From Candidatus Saccharimonadales bacterium (GTDB lineage: Bacteria; Patescibacteriota; Saccharimonadia; Saccharimonadales; UBA4665), in NCBI GenBank assembly GCA_035480095.1, contig DATIIC010000019.1, forward strand, positions 17,658 through 81,657: 64,000 bases of DNA, in the 5' to 3' direction. A model generated the notes under the pieces. That model saw only the letters and a list, made by a program, of their open reading frames with translations, had not been told where the DNA came from and made no database searches. How positions within the stretch are numbered: position 1 is the stretch's first letter; every line of letters begins with the position of its first letter. Positions 1 through 9,407 of this stretch are shown here, one piece after another. A program made the position numbers and the translations under genes.

Positions 1-1
1 C

Positions 2-1366
2 TATGGCTATGGCGCACAAGATAGTTCCTGCACAGGCCTACCGGGTGCTAACGTAAATGCCGGCAAAGACAGCAACCGTACCTCACAAACCGTGAATGGA
101 GTAACCACCACCTACTGCTACGACCAAGCTGACCGCATGATTGCCAGCAGCAATGCCACCCTTACGAACCCCGTCTACGACGCCCACGGCAACGTAGTGC
201 AGTTAGGCTCCGGCAACAGCCCGCTGCGCCTGCCCGTAGACTCTTCAGACCGCAACCGCGGCGTAGAGCAGTACGATGGCAACGGCAACGGCCTGGCCTA
301 CTACTACACCCGTGACGCCCAAGGGCGCATCATCGACCGAGACAAAATGAACATCTCCAACTGGAACTGGGTGTGGGCCAGCGACACCTTCTATGGCTTC
401 ACCGGCAGCGGTGACACCCCAGACTTTGTCCGCAGCGCCGATGGCACCCTAACAGAGAAGTACCTACAGCTACCAGGCAATGTACTGGTCACCATCCATA
501 CGCAGCAAACCGGCAATGCTGCCGCTACATACAGCCTGCCAAACATCCACGGCGACATCTTTGCCACCACCGACGCCAGCGGCATGGTAACCGGCACCTA
601 CCAAACCGGTCCCTTCGGCGAGCAGCTACCGGGCCAGGCCAGCCCGAACAACACCGCTGCCGGCAGCACCTTCGGCTATGTCGGCCAACACGAAAAGATA
701 ACCGAAACCGAATTCAGCGTCCAATTCACCCAAATGGGCGCCCGTGTCTACATAGCATCCATGGGCCGCTTCCTCTCTGTCGACCCCGTCCAAGGCGGCA
801 CAGCCAATGCCTACGTGTACGTAAGCGACCCCGTCAACGACTTCGACCTCACTGGCGAATGGGGCTGGAAAGACCTCGGGAATATAGCAAGTTTTGCTTC
901 TATGATTCCAGGGCCAATAGGCATGGTGGCAAGTGGCGTTGCTGCCGTAAGCTACGCCGCAGCCGGGGACAAGAAAGCTGCAGCCATCGCCTGTGCCGGC
1001 ATAGCCCTTGCTGCGGTGGGTGCGGGTGCGGCAGTAACCATATACAAGGTGTCTAAGGCAGCGACAACAGTTGCCAAAGCTGGAGAGGCAGTTAAGGGCA
1101 TCAAAGGCGCCTACAGTGTGTATCATGCTAAAGATGCAGCTGGAGTCGTCAGATATGTTGGAATCACCAGCCGCAATCCTGTCGTAAGGTTCGCGGAACA
1201 TATCAGAACCGGTGCACCCAAGAACACACTTAGCTATAGCGTCCTCAGAAACGGGCTAACAAAGGGCCTGGCCAGGCAGATGGAGCAAAGACTAATAGAC
1301 AAATATGGTTTGCAAAAGAACGGCGGCCAACTCTACAATAAGATAAACTCAATAAGAAGACGCTAG
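2..1366 (+). CDS. RHS/YD-repeat polymorphic toxin, C-terminal part (5' end outside window) ending in a GIY-YIG-like nuclease toxin domain
   Basis: The frame is open from base 2 (the ORF track lists 92..1366). It has YD-repeat-like segments ([39 protein letters not shown]). An RHS-core-end-like motif follows ([19 protein letters not shown]), then a Gly/Ala-rich hydrophobic linker. The tail has SVY-x10-YVGIT..R..EH..E spacing, as in GIY-YIG nucleases. Confidence 0.7.
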   Translation, partial: YGYGAQDSSCTGLPGANVNAGKDSNRTSQTVNGVTTTYCYDQADRMIASSNATLTNPVYDAHGNVVQLGSGNSPLRLPVDSSDRNRGVEQYDGNGNGLAYYYTRDAQGRIIDRDKMNISNWNWVWASDTFYGFTGSGDTPDFVRSADGTLTEKYLQLPGNVLVTIHTQQTGNAAATYSLPNIHGDIFATTDASGMVTGTYQTGPFGEQLPGQASPNNTAAGSTFGYVGQHEKITETEFSVQFTQMGARVYIASMGRFLSVDPVQGGTANAYVYVSDPVNDFDLTGEWGWKDLGNIASFASMIPGPIGMVASGVAAVSYAAAGDKKAAAIACAGIALAAVGAGAAVTIYKVSKAATTVAKAGEAVKGIKGAYSVYHAKDAAGVVRYVGITSRNPVVRFAEHIRTGAPKNTLSYSVLRNGLTKGLARQMEQRLIDKYGLQKNGGQLYNKINSIRRR

Positions 1367-1367
1367 C

Positions 1368-1820
1368 ATGGCAAAGTTTCACTCAAAAATTGGTGATGTG
1401 TTTGAAATAGCTGGTATGGAACCCGCCAGATACTTGCAGCTGGTTCACATCGACCCAGTGCAGATGAACTCGGATGTGGTCGTCGTGTACCAAGAAGGCG
1501 CCGATGAGTTTGACTTCTACACGCACACCACCGTTGAACAAGGCCTTCAGGACCAATTGTGGCGAAAAGTAGACAAAGAGCCACTAGCAGTCGACCTGGC
1601 CAAGCTTACCTTCAAACAATTCATGGAAGATGTGTTTGACGAGGGCATCGAACCTTATTGGTACTACTGGACTTGCGAGGACGCAGAGTGGAAAGAGGTC
1701 GGCCTGCAAGAGGGTATTGGGTTACGTGCGGTCGACGGAAGCATACATCCCGCAAGCGATATACTCTACCAAATTGCCCATGGTAAAAGCGAGTTCAAAG
1801 TCGACTGGCCAGGGAACTAG
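1368..1820 (+). CDS. hypothetical protein, putative cognate immunity protein of the upstream RHS toxin
   Basis: This 150-aa acidic ORF starts 1 nt after the toxin stop (TAGCATG) on the same strand. The call rests only on its position immediately downstream of a polymorphic-toxin tip. Confidence 0.5.
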   Translation: MAKFHSKIGDVFEIAGMEPARYLQLVHIDPVQMNSDVVVVYQEGADEFDFYTHTTVEQGLQDQLWRKVDKEPLAVDLAKLTFKQFMEDVFDEGIEPYWYYWTCEDAEWKEVGLQEGIGLRAVDGSIHPASDILYQIAHGKSEFKVDWPGN

Positions 1821-1840
1821 CCGCACGCCAGGACCAATTA

Positions 1841-2776
1841 CTAGGGAGTAATGTTGACGCTGAACGGAAGCGTTACGGTCTGAAACTGGTTTTCGAAGAT
1901 TAAGCTGCCAAGATAATAGCCGGCAGGTACGCTGTCCAGTGCGGCATCGCAAGTGGGGCTGTCCGCCGCGTCTAGGCTGGTGTGGCACGAATACCCAGCC
2001 ACGGTCAGTGTCAGGGTAGGCATAAAGTCGGCAACTTGCGAGAGGTCGAACTGCAGCTGGTCGAATCCGCTAAGCATTACGTCGTCGCTAGTAGCACTCC
2101 CAGAAGCAACCAGCGGTTCCGGCGCATAGACGTCAAAGATGGGCATGGGCTTCACAATCACCTGTACTGTGCCCGTGTACGTTACGCCCGCTGCGGTTTT
2201 GGCGGATAACGTGTAGTTGAACGTGCCGACCGAGACATAGGTAGACTCGGTCTTCATGGGCCAGGCAAGTTTGTATGGGGCTGGGTCTTGGGTTGTGACC
2301 TGGAATATACCAGCCGAGGCGGGGCTAAATGGCAGGTTAATAGCTTTGGCGTCATTGGTGCTAACCGCGAATGGTACGCTATAGGTAGCGCCGGCCTTGA
2401 TGGTGAAGTTCGCGCCGTCAGGCTTTTTGTACACTACAGTGGGCGACTGGCTAAAGATGAGTGCTTTGGACGTGGCAGGATTTGCATGAGCGCCGCTCGG
2501 AACGACAGGAACATCGGCAGGAGCAGCTGATGGGGTTTCGGCGGCAGCTTTGACATCAGATGCACCGAGAACCCGGGGCGGGGTTTTAGCGTGGTGTTTT
2601 GATGCGACAGCGAGTTGGCCTATGTATTTGGAACCATCCGGGTGGTACGAGAATTGAACACCCAAGACCACTAGGAGCAGCGCTATGGCCGCCAGCGGCA
2701 GTTTGAGCCACAACCAACGGGCCAAGCGGGGCAATTTGACCGTAAGAAGGGTAATGTTTGGCTGATGCATTTTCAT
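1841..2776 (-). CDS. hypothetical N-terminally membrane-anchored or secreted protein
   Basis: This 311-aa ORF has an N-terminal hydrophobic helix (WLWLKLPLAAIALLLVVLGV) followed by a Thr/Ser/Ala-rich, probably beta-rich region. An extended -10 box lies 8 nt upstream of the ATG. Confidence 0.6.
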   Translation of the reverse strand: MKMHQPNITLLTVKLPRLARWLWLKLPLAAIALLLVVLGVQFSYHPDGSKYIGQLAVASKHHAKTPPRVLGASDVKAAAETPSAAPADVPVVPSGAHANPATSKALIFSQSPTVVYKKPDGANFTIKAGATYSVPFAVSTNDAKAINLPFSPASAGIFQVTTQDPAPYKLAWPMKTESTYVSVGTFNYTLSAKTAAGVTYTGTVQVIVKPMPIFDVYAPEPLVASGSATSDDVMLSGFDQLQFDLSQVADFMPTLTLTVAGYSCHTSLDAADSPTCDAALDSVPAGYYLGSLIFENQFQTVTLPFSVNITP

Positions 2777-2784
2777 TAGGATAT

Positions 2785-2809
2785 ATTATACCACATCTGT
2801 CAATACCTG
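2785..2809 (-). promoter_or_regulatory. extended -10 promoter (TGGTATAAT) with a conserved upstream block, 8 nt from the ATG at 2776
   Basis: The minus strand reads CAGGTATTGACAGATGTGGTATAAT, then ATATCCTA, then ATG. A near-identical block occurs at 55644..55668. Confidence 0.55.
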
Positions 2810-2823
2810 GCGAGTACCGCAAG

Positions 2824-3761
2824 TCAGACCAGTTTTTGACGGCGGGCCAGGAGGAGGGCGAAGACGCCGGGGACAAGCGGCAGCCAGTAGGTAATGAGGC
2901 GGTACACGAGGACCGCCGCGCCGGCGGTTGGTGACGAAACCCCGTAAGCTACAAAGCCGGCGAACAGGCCGGCTTCGGCGCCAACTAGACCGCCGGGCGT
3001 AGGTGTGGCAGTACTGGCGAGCATGCCCAGCGAGAAGACTATGAAGGCTTGCAGCAACCCGATGTGAATCTGCAAAGAATGCGCAGTGGTAAATAATATG
3101 GTAGTAGACAAGGTGGTGATACACACTGCCACCAGTGCCGCGGCGGCCAGTTGGTGCAGGCGAAATTTACGCACACTCGCCAGCAGGTTTTTTAGAAAGC
3201 GGCCAGCGCGGCGACGTGCGGCAGGCATAACCACCAGCAGCACTACTAAGCCAGCACAGAAACTACCGGCCAGGCCAGGTGGAAGTGGCGGCCGTCCAGA
3301 AACCGGTGCAGCACACTCGGATAAAACACCAGCACCCCGGCTAGCAACGTGACATGCACCGTAATGCCGACCAGGTTGTTAATGGAAACCACCACCGTTG
3401 CTTCGGCGGCCGTATGCTTTCGCTTGAAAAGATAGTACCCAACCAGCCCCAGGCTACCCAGCGCGGCAGGCAGCAGCCGGTTCACGAACGCCGTCGACAG
3501 CTCCACCAAAAACGTTTCGGCCAGCCGCAGTTTGTGCAGCGCCAACACGCCGATGCAAACAGCCGACAAACCATACACCACAACCACCAACAATAGGGAA
3601 ACAACTAGCCATGGGATACTAGCGCCGCGCGCCAGTTCCAGGCTGCGGTGCACTACACTCCAATTACGCGCCAGCACGAACGCCGCGGCCGCCAGCAACA
3701 CCACACTTACGCCCACCCGCAGCAATACAGCACGTTTGTTGGGTCGTTTGGATGCCGGCAT
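2824..3761 (-). pseudogene. flippase-like / lysylphosphatidylglycerol-synthase-TM-region family membrane protein, split into two frames (frameshift or sequencing error)
   Basis: ORFs 3246..3761 (171 aa) and 2824..3243 (139 aa) are both polytopic. The second carries a PGGLVGAEAGL...YRLITYWLP signature. Together they give the length expected for one protein. The second frame stays open upstream across the first ORF's TAG at 3246..3248. Confidence 0.5.
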
Positions 3762-3769
3762 ATGGTTTT

Positions 3770-4030
3770 TTATGAGTTAGTGGTTTGGCGAGCTAGGCGG
3801 CGGTAAGCTAGGGTATTCAGGACAGCTACTGCCGCCAAGTACATCAGACCAGTAACGCAGGACTGTAGCAGCGGCGAATGCAAACTCCAAACCAGGTAGG
3901 TACCACTCGCCAGGGTGGCCGCCACCAACCCGTAGCTAACCCGCAGCTTTCGCCGGGACGGCGCCACCAAACACAGGCTGGCACAGACTAAGCTGAGTAG
4001 CGCGACCGAAACATGAAGCAGTACCATCAT
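3770..4030 (-). CDS. small hydrophobic membrane protein (86 aa) downstream of cyoE
   Basis: The ATGATG at 4025..4030 gives MMVLLHVSVALLSLV... with three predicted TM helices. The longer track ORF (to 4231) would overlap cyoE and was not used. Confidence 0.45.
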   Translation of the reverse strand: MMVLLHVSVALLSLVCASLCLVAPSRRKLRVSYGLVAATLASGTYLVWSLHSPLLQSCVTGLMYLAAVAVLNTLAYRRLARQTTNS

Positions 4031-4058
4031 ACTGGTTCTAGTGTACTCTAGAATGTGC

Positions 4059-4913
4059 TTACGGCAAAAGCGGACTGACTGCCAAGATGCCGGCCAGCGC
4101 CAGCAGCGTAATGAGCGAAAAGCCGAACATACCCCGTGCCCATTTTTCGGGCTGCTCCGACTGGAAGCCATTGACACCCTGGTACAGCCAGTACACACCG
4201 AGCACCGCCATAGCAGCCGCGAAGCTGGCACTGGCCGTACCGAACACGGTCAGCGACACCACGGAGAGCACATACAGCACGGTATACGCAATCATCCAAA
4301 CCTGGGTGCTGCGCACGCCTTTCTTTACTGGCCACACCGGCAGGCCCCCGGCCTTGTAGTCCTTCAGCCGGAAAATGCTTATGGCGTAAAAATGCGGCAT
4401 CTGCCAAAACACCATCACCAAACCAAGCAGCAGCGCAGTCAAATCGAACCGGCCGATGACGGCGGTGTAGCCGGCCACCAGCGGCACCGCGCCGGCAATT
4501 GTACCAACCAACGTACTGTGTATGGTGGTGCGTTTGGTCCAGGCATAAAACACTACGTAGTCAATGTACCCGATGGCGCCGAGTAGCGCCGTCAGCCAGT
4601 TCACGTGCAGCAGCAAGATGGCGATGCCGACCAGGCCAAATACGATGGCGATGGCCAGCAGGCGGCCAGGCGAAACCTCGCCAGTTACCGTCGCGCGCTT
4701 TTTGGTGCGGGACATTCGCGCGTCTATGCCACGGTCGGTCAGGTTGTTGGCCGCGCAGGCGGACATCACAATCAGCGTGGTGCCGATGATGGTATAAAAC
4801 AGCAATAACCAGTTGAGGTGCCAAGCACTAGCAAACAAAAACCCGGCCAGCGTCATCATGACGTTAGCGTACGTCCGCTCCGGCTTCAGCGCTTCGTAGT
4901 AGGCTTTTAGCAC
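4059..4913 (-). CDS. cyoE: protoheme IX farnesyltransferase (heme O synthase)
   Basis: It is a UbiA-family polytopic protein with the motif NNLTDRGIDARMSRTKKR. It is the last gene of the cyo operon. Confidence 0.9.
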   Translation of the reverse strand: MLKAYYEALKPERTYANVMMTLAGFLFASAWHLNWLLLFYTIIGTTLIVMSACAANNLTDRGIDARMSRTKKRATVTGEVSPGRLLAIAIVFGLVGIAILLLHVNWLTALLGAIGYIDYVVFYAWTKRTTIHSTLVGTIAGAVPLVAGYTAVIGRFDLTALLLGLVMVFWQMPHFYAISIFRLKDYKAGGLPVWPVKKGVRSTQVWMIAYTVLYVLSVVSLTVFGTASASFAAAMAVLGVYWLYQGVNGFQSEQPEKWARGMFGFSLITLLALAGILAVSPLLP

Positions 4914-4918
4914 GGCCG

Positions 4919-5287
4919 TTACAGCGAGTCTTGGCTCTTTAGGTACTGCTCAGTCTGCTGCAGCGTCATGCGGTTGTTCAGATTGTTCATAATCCACCAG
5001 GAACCAAAGACCACCAGCACCACAATCATCAGCATCAGCAGGGCGGTTGCCAGCTTCCACCGCGAGCCGGTCTCTTCGCCCACGTGCAAAAACAGAATCA
5101 TCTGTACCGCGAACTGGGCAACAGCTAACCCCGAAATGAAGAAAATGACGGTGTTGTGGTCCAGCGTAGAGCGCGTCACTAGCACATAGGCCAGCATCGT
5201 CAGCGCCACCGAGGCGATGAAGCCACCGATGTACTTTGTAAGCTTCAATGGGTGATGCGTTCCGTGTTCTGCAACTACCGATTTCAT
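4919..5287 (-). CDS. cyoD: cytochrome o ubiquinol oxidase subunit IV
   Basis: This 122-aa protein has three TM helices and follows cyoC with a 4-nt overlap. Confidence 0.8.
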   Translation of the reverse strand: MKSVVAEHGTHHPLKLTKYIGGFIASVALTMLAYVLVTRSTLDHNTVIFFISGLAVAQFAVQMILFLHVGEETGSRWKLATALLMLMIVVLVVFGSWWIMNNLNNRMTLQQTEQYLKSQDSL

Positions 5288-5895
5288 ACGCCCAAACTCC
5301 CATACAAGTAAACGATGGTGAAGATGAAAATCCAGATGACGTCCAAGAAGTGCCAGAACAAACTAAGCAGCGTTAGGCGCTTCATGATGCTGTGTGTCAG
5401 TCCCTGGGTAAACGTAAAGAAGCCCATCACCGCCATCCAAATCAAGCCAAACGTAATGTGCAACCCGTGCGTACCAACCAGCGTAAAGTAGCTGCTTAGG
5501 AACCCGCTGCGCCGCCAACTATCGCCGTCCACCACCATGTTGCGGAACTCGGTCAATTCTAACCCCAGGAAGGTTGCGCCCAGCAGGAAGGTGACGCCAA
5601 ACCACAGCAGCACCTGCTGTTTGTCGCGCCGCTGTGCCGCCAGCATGGCCATACCGCAGGTAAAACTACTGGCCAGCAGCGCCATGGTTTCCACCAGCAC
5701 GTAGGGAAGCTTGAATAGTTCTTTACCGCTTGGCCCGCCAAACGTATTACCGTGCAGCACCGCGTAAGTCGCAAACAGTGTGGCGAACAGCACGCAGTCG
5801 GTCATCAGGTACACCCAGAAACCAAAGACCGTTTTTTCGGTGGCTTCGTGCTCGATGTGTTCGAGGTCTAGCGTGGTGGAAGTTAGTTCACTCAC
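5284..5895 (-). CDS. cyoC: cytochrome o ubiquinol oxidase subunit III
   Basis: This 203-aa polytopic protein resembles heme-copper oxidase subunit III (FWHFLDVIWIFIF). It overlaps cyoB by 4 nt. Confidence 0.9.
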   Translation of the reverse strand: MSELTSTTLDLEHIEHEATEKTVFGFWVYLMTDCVLFATLFATYAVLHGNTFGGPSGKELFKLPYVLVETMALLASSFTCGMAMLAAQRRDKQQVLLWFGVTFLLGATFLGLELTEFRNMVVDGDSWRRSGFLSSYFTLVGTHGLHITFGLIWMAVMGFFTFTQGLTHSIMKRLTLLSLFWHFLDVIWIFIFTIVYLYGSLGV

Positions 5896-7877
5896 CGGGC
5901 ATACTCCTTTTGCTGATGGATGATGGCGTGCTCCATTTTTTCTACTTCCTTGGCAGTCATGATGTATTCGGGCTCGGGGTTGCTAGCGCGAACGACAAGT
6001 GTTGTCACCAGCGCCAGCAGGCCCAATACCGACAGCCAGTATAGGTGCCAAATCATGCCAAAGCCAATCGCACCGGCCAGCATACCAATCACCACACTCA
6101 GGCCCGAGTTCTTCGGCAGCAGAATGTCTTCGTAGCGCTTTACGGGTTTCTTAGCCAAGTGTTTGTCGTGCCAGAATTGGTCGTGTTCGGTCACCACGGG
6201 CAACGTGGTGAAGTTGTAAACCGGAGCGGGTGAGGGCACCGACCATTCCAGTGTGCGGCCATTCCATGGGTCACCGGTAACATCACGCCGTTCGTTGCGC
6301 TGCCAAATGCTAAGTGCCAGCTGCAGTACCTGCAGGCCAATGCCCACGCCAATCACCGCCACGCCCACACCAGCCACAATGAACAGTGGCTGCCAACCGA
6401 GTGATGGGTCGTAGTGGTCCAGGCGGCGGGTAGCGCCCATCAACCCCAAAATGTACAACGGCATGAACGCTAGCAGGAAGCCGATAGACCAACACCAGAA
6501 AGCGGCTTTGCCCAAGCCCTCGTGCAGGCGGAAGCCAAAAATCTTCGGGAACCAGTAAATTAAGCCGGCAAAGTAGCCAAACACCACACCGCCGACAATC
6601 ATCATGTGGAAGTGGGCGACCAGGAACAGGCTGTTGTGAACCTGGTAGTCGATGGCCGGGACACTCATCAGCACACCCATCACGCCACCTATTGTAAAGA
6701 TTACAACGAATCCTATAAACCACAGCATGGGCGATTTAAAGCTAATGCGCCCGCGGTACATGGTAAATAGCCAGTTAAATATTTTCACGCCAGTCGGAAT
6801 CGCAATCACGCCGGTAGCTATACCAAAGACGGCATTCACGTCCGCGCCCGCACCCATGGTAAAGAAGTGGTGCAACCACACGGTAAAGCTTAGAACCACG
6901 ATGGCCCAAATGGCCCACACCATGCTGGCGTAACCAAACAGCCGCTTGCGCGCAAACGTCGCCACAACTTCACTGTAAATGCCGAAGGCCGGTAGTACCA
7001 AAATGTACACCTCCGGGTGGCCCCAGGCCCAAATCAAGTTCACGTACATCATGGGATTGCCGCCAAAACCGCCGCTAAAGAAATGCATGCCGAGCGTGCG
7101 GTCCAGCGCCAGCAAGGCCAGCGTAACGGTCAAAATGGGGAAGGCGAAAGCAACTAGCACCATCGAGGCCATGACGCTCCAGGCGAACATCGGCATTTTC
7201 ATCAGCGTCATACCGGGTGCGCGCATTTTTATAATCGTCACCAGAAAGTTGATGCCTGAGAGCATACTGCCCACACCAGCAATCTGCAGCGCCCATATCC
7301 AGTAGTCCACGCCCACGCCTGGGCTATACGCGAGCTCGCTCAGCGGCGGGTAAGCTAGCCAACCGGCAGCCGAAAATTCACCAAAGACAAGTGACAAGTT
7401 CACCAGCGCCATACCGACTGCAAACAGCCAGAAACTGGTGGCGTTTAAGAACGGGAAGGCAACGTCACGGGCGCCCAACTGCAGCGGCAGCACTAGGTTG
7501 ATGAGCCCGAACATTAGTCCCATCGCAACAAAGAAAATCATAATGGTACCGTGGGCACTAAAAATCTGCTGGAAATGGTAGGGGTCTAGAATGCCGTGGC
7601 CATTAGCGCCCAGCGCCTGTTGCAGACGCATCAGCACCGCGTCACCGGCGCCGCGCAGCAGCATTACCAGCGCCACGATGATGTACATCACGCCAATTTT
7701 CTTAGGGTCCTGCGTGGTCAGCCATTCTTTCCAGAGCCATTTCCACCGCTTCAAAACGGTTATCAGCACCACCACGGCCAGCGCGCCAAACACCAGTGAA
7801 CCGGCACCGCCAATCGTAATAGCATCTTTCGGGAACCAGTCCCAACTCAGGCGTCCCAGCAGGCTGGCAAACATCAT
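5892..7877 (-). CDS. cyoB: cytochrome o ubiquinol oxidase subunit I
   Basis: This 661-aa protein carries heme-copper oxidase subunit I signatures (WAWGHPEVYILVLPAFG, HHFFTMG, VAHFHMM). Confidence 0.95.
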   Translation of the reverse strand: MMFASLLGRLSWDWFPKDAITIGGAGSLVFGALAVVVLITVLKRWKWLWKEWLTTQDPKKIGVMYIIVALVMLLRGAGDAVLMRLQQALGANGHGILDPYHFQQIFSAHGTIMIFFVAMGLMFGLINLVLPLQLGARDVAFPFLNATSFWLFAVGMALVNLSLVFGEFSAAGWLAYPPLSELAYSPGVGVDYWIWALQIAGVGSMLSGINFLVTIIKMRAPGMTLMKMPMFAWSVMASMVLVAFAFPILTVTLALLALDRTLGMHFFSGGFGGNPMMYVNLIWAWGHPEVYILVLPAFGIYSEVVATFARKRLFGYASMVWAIWAIVVLSFTVWLHHFFTMGAGADVNAVFGIATGVIAIPTGVKIFNWLFTMYRGRISFKSPMLWFIGFVVIFTIGGVMGVLMSVPAIDYQVHNSLFLVAHFHMMIVGGVVFGYFAGLIYWFPKIFGFRLHEGLGKAAFWCWSIGFLLAFMPLYILGLMGATRRLDHYDPSLGWQPLFIVAGVGVAVIGVGIGLQVLQLALSIWQRNERRDVTGDPWNGRTLEWSVPSPAPVYNFTTLPVVTEHDQFWHDKHLAKKPVKRYEDILLPKNSGLSVVIGMLAGAIGFGMIWHLYWLSVLGLLALVTTLVVRASNPEPEYIMTAKEVEKMEHAIIHQQKEYAR

Positions 7878-8761
7878 AACCGCGCGTCTCCTATTGGCAT
7901 CATAGATTTCATAACGATGTTGTCGTACAGGTTCGGCTCTACACTGCTGTAGCCATTTTTGAATTCGGTGGGCTCGGTAATGACGCTGGGCTTGGAAAGC
8001 TTGGCGTATTCGGCAGCCGTCAGGTGCTGGGGCAGGCGGTGCATGATGTCCAGCCAGTAGCCATAAATCTCGGCAGGCAGCACGTGCACGGTAAACTTCA
8101 TGTCGGCGAAACCTTTGCCGCCGATGTTTGCCGATACACCGCGGTAGTCGCCAAGCTTGTCGGCTTGCAGGTTCAGTCTGGTTACCATACCCGGCATAGC
8201 ATACATCTGCCCGCCCAGTTGCGGAACCCAGAAGCTGCCCATGGTCGTGTCGCTGGTGATGTCGAACTCCACCGGTGTGCCAACCGGGATGTCAACGGCA
8301 TTCACCCGGGCAATGTGTTCGCCGGGGTAAATGAACAGCCACTTCCAGTCCATGGCCACCACCTGGATGTGCAGGGTAGGCTTGGTGGACGAAAGTGGTT
8401 TGTACGGGTCGAGCGCGTAGCTGCTGCGCCAGGTGATGGTAGAAATAACCACCAGCAAGATAGTGGGAATTACCCACCACACTGTTTCAATCTGCCAGTT
8501 GCCTTCAAATTCTGGTGCGTACTTGGCAGTTTTGTTGCCCTCGCGGTATTTCCAGACGAAGTAAATCAGCAAAGAAAAAACCGGGATGACAATCAGCCCG
8601 GAAAGCACCGAACAGAGGATGATAAGGTTGAGTTCCTTGTGCGCAATCTGTCCGGCTGGCTGTACCACCGCCACCATATGCCGGCTAAGGTACCAGCCCG
8701 TAACGGCTACGATGCCGGCGATTGCCGCCAGCAGCATTACAAACTTCGCGTACTTTTTCAT
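7874..8761 (-). CDS. cyoA: cytochrome o ubiquinol oxidase subunit II (no CuA ligands)
   Basis: It has two N-terminal TM helices and a cupredoxin-like domain (SFWVPQLGGQMYAMPG). The CuA Cys-x3-Cys position reads GVSANIGG, which is what a quinol oxidase shows. Confidence 0.9.
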   Translation of the reverse strand: MKKYAKFVMLLAAIAGIVAVTGWYLSRHMVAVVQPAGQIAHKELNLIILCSVLSGLIVIPVFSLLIYFVWKYREGNKTAKYAPEFEGNWQIETVWWVIPTILLVVISTITWRSSYALDPYKPLSSTKPTLHIQVVAMDWKWLFIYPGEHIARVNAVDIPVGTPVEFDITSDTTMGSFWVPQLGGQMYAMPGMVTRLNLQADKLGDYRGVSANIGGKGFADMKFTVHVLPAEIYGYWLDIMHRLPQHLTAAEYAKLSKPSVITEPTEFKNGYSSVEPNLYDNIVMKSMMPIGDARL

Positions 8762-8873
8762 GTTGTATCAGTAGGCACCTGTCTTACACCGATTGTACCA
8801 CAGCCCGGGGTATAAATGTGACCACTTGCGCAAAAACGCTGTACCCTAGGCCACAAACGAGTTAGGACGGCTT

Positions 8874-8882
8874 TGCTACGCT
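8874..8882 (+). promoter_or_regulatory. extended -10 box TGCTACGCT, 6 nt upstream of GTG 8889 (leaderless arrangement)
   Basis: TGCTACGCT is followed by GATGGT and then GTG. Confidence 0.45.
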
Positions 8883-8888
8883 GATGGT

Positions 8889-9407
8889 GTGGGCAGTATA
8901 ACGACTAGTGAGGTGGGACCAGAGCATGTGCCATGGGCAGGCGTGAACGAAATTGACCGCGGGTTTATGGAGTGGTTCGAAGAGGACCAGGAGCTAAACG
9001 GGTTCGCCAACGAACGCGCCGCCGAATTCGTGACCGAGTTACACGCCCTGCTAGAAACCAACGGCCACCCGGTCGAATCCGACCCGGGCAGCTCACTGCA
9101 TTTCGAACTAAAAAAACTGGTGTTTTTATTCACCAACCCCGATGACTTCGAAAACACCATTGAACTGCGCGATGTAATGTTGTTCTTCGTAGTGTTATAT
9201 GCCCGCGCGGGCAAGGACCTGGGCAAGGTACCGGCCGTCCTGAGCGATTTCACTTACCAGGCAGACGAAGTGTACTTGCCAAGGCTGGCCGAAGCCATCG
9301 AACCTTGGAACTCCATGCAGGAGCGCGAACACTTTTGGCTAGCCTGGGGCATGGCCACGACGGGCGGCAGCGGCCCGAACATACCGGCACAGTCACGAAT
9401 ATCGTAA
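8889..9407 (+). CDS. hypothetical acidic protein
   Basis: This 172-aa ORF has a leaderless-type promoter. No motif was recognised. Confidence 0.5.
   Translation: MGSITTSEVGPEHVPWAGVNEIDRGFMEWFEEDQELNGFANERAAEFVTELHALLETNGHPVESDPGSSLHFELKKLVFLFTNPDDFENTIELRDVMLFFVVLYARAGKDLGKVPAVLSDFTYQADEVYLPRLAEAIEPWNSMQEREHFWLAWGMATTGGSGPNIPAQSRIS

Noticed and set aside
4031-4231. The N-terminal extension of track ORF 3770..4231
   Set aside because: The extension overlaps cyoE in another frame and is Cys/Arg/Trp-rich. The hydrophobic protein begins plausibly at ATGATG 4030.
8024-8815. A 263-aa plus-strand ORF spanning the cyoA locus
   Set aside because: It is entirely antisense to the well-supported cyoA gene. 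The translation is Gly/Arg/His/Val-rich, as expected for the antisense frame of GC-rich coding DNA, and it has no motif.
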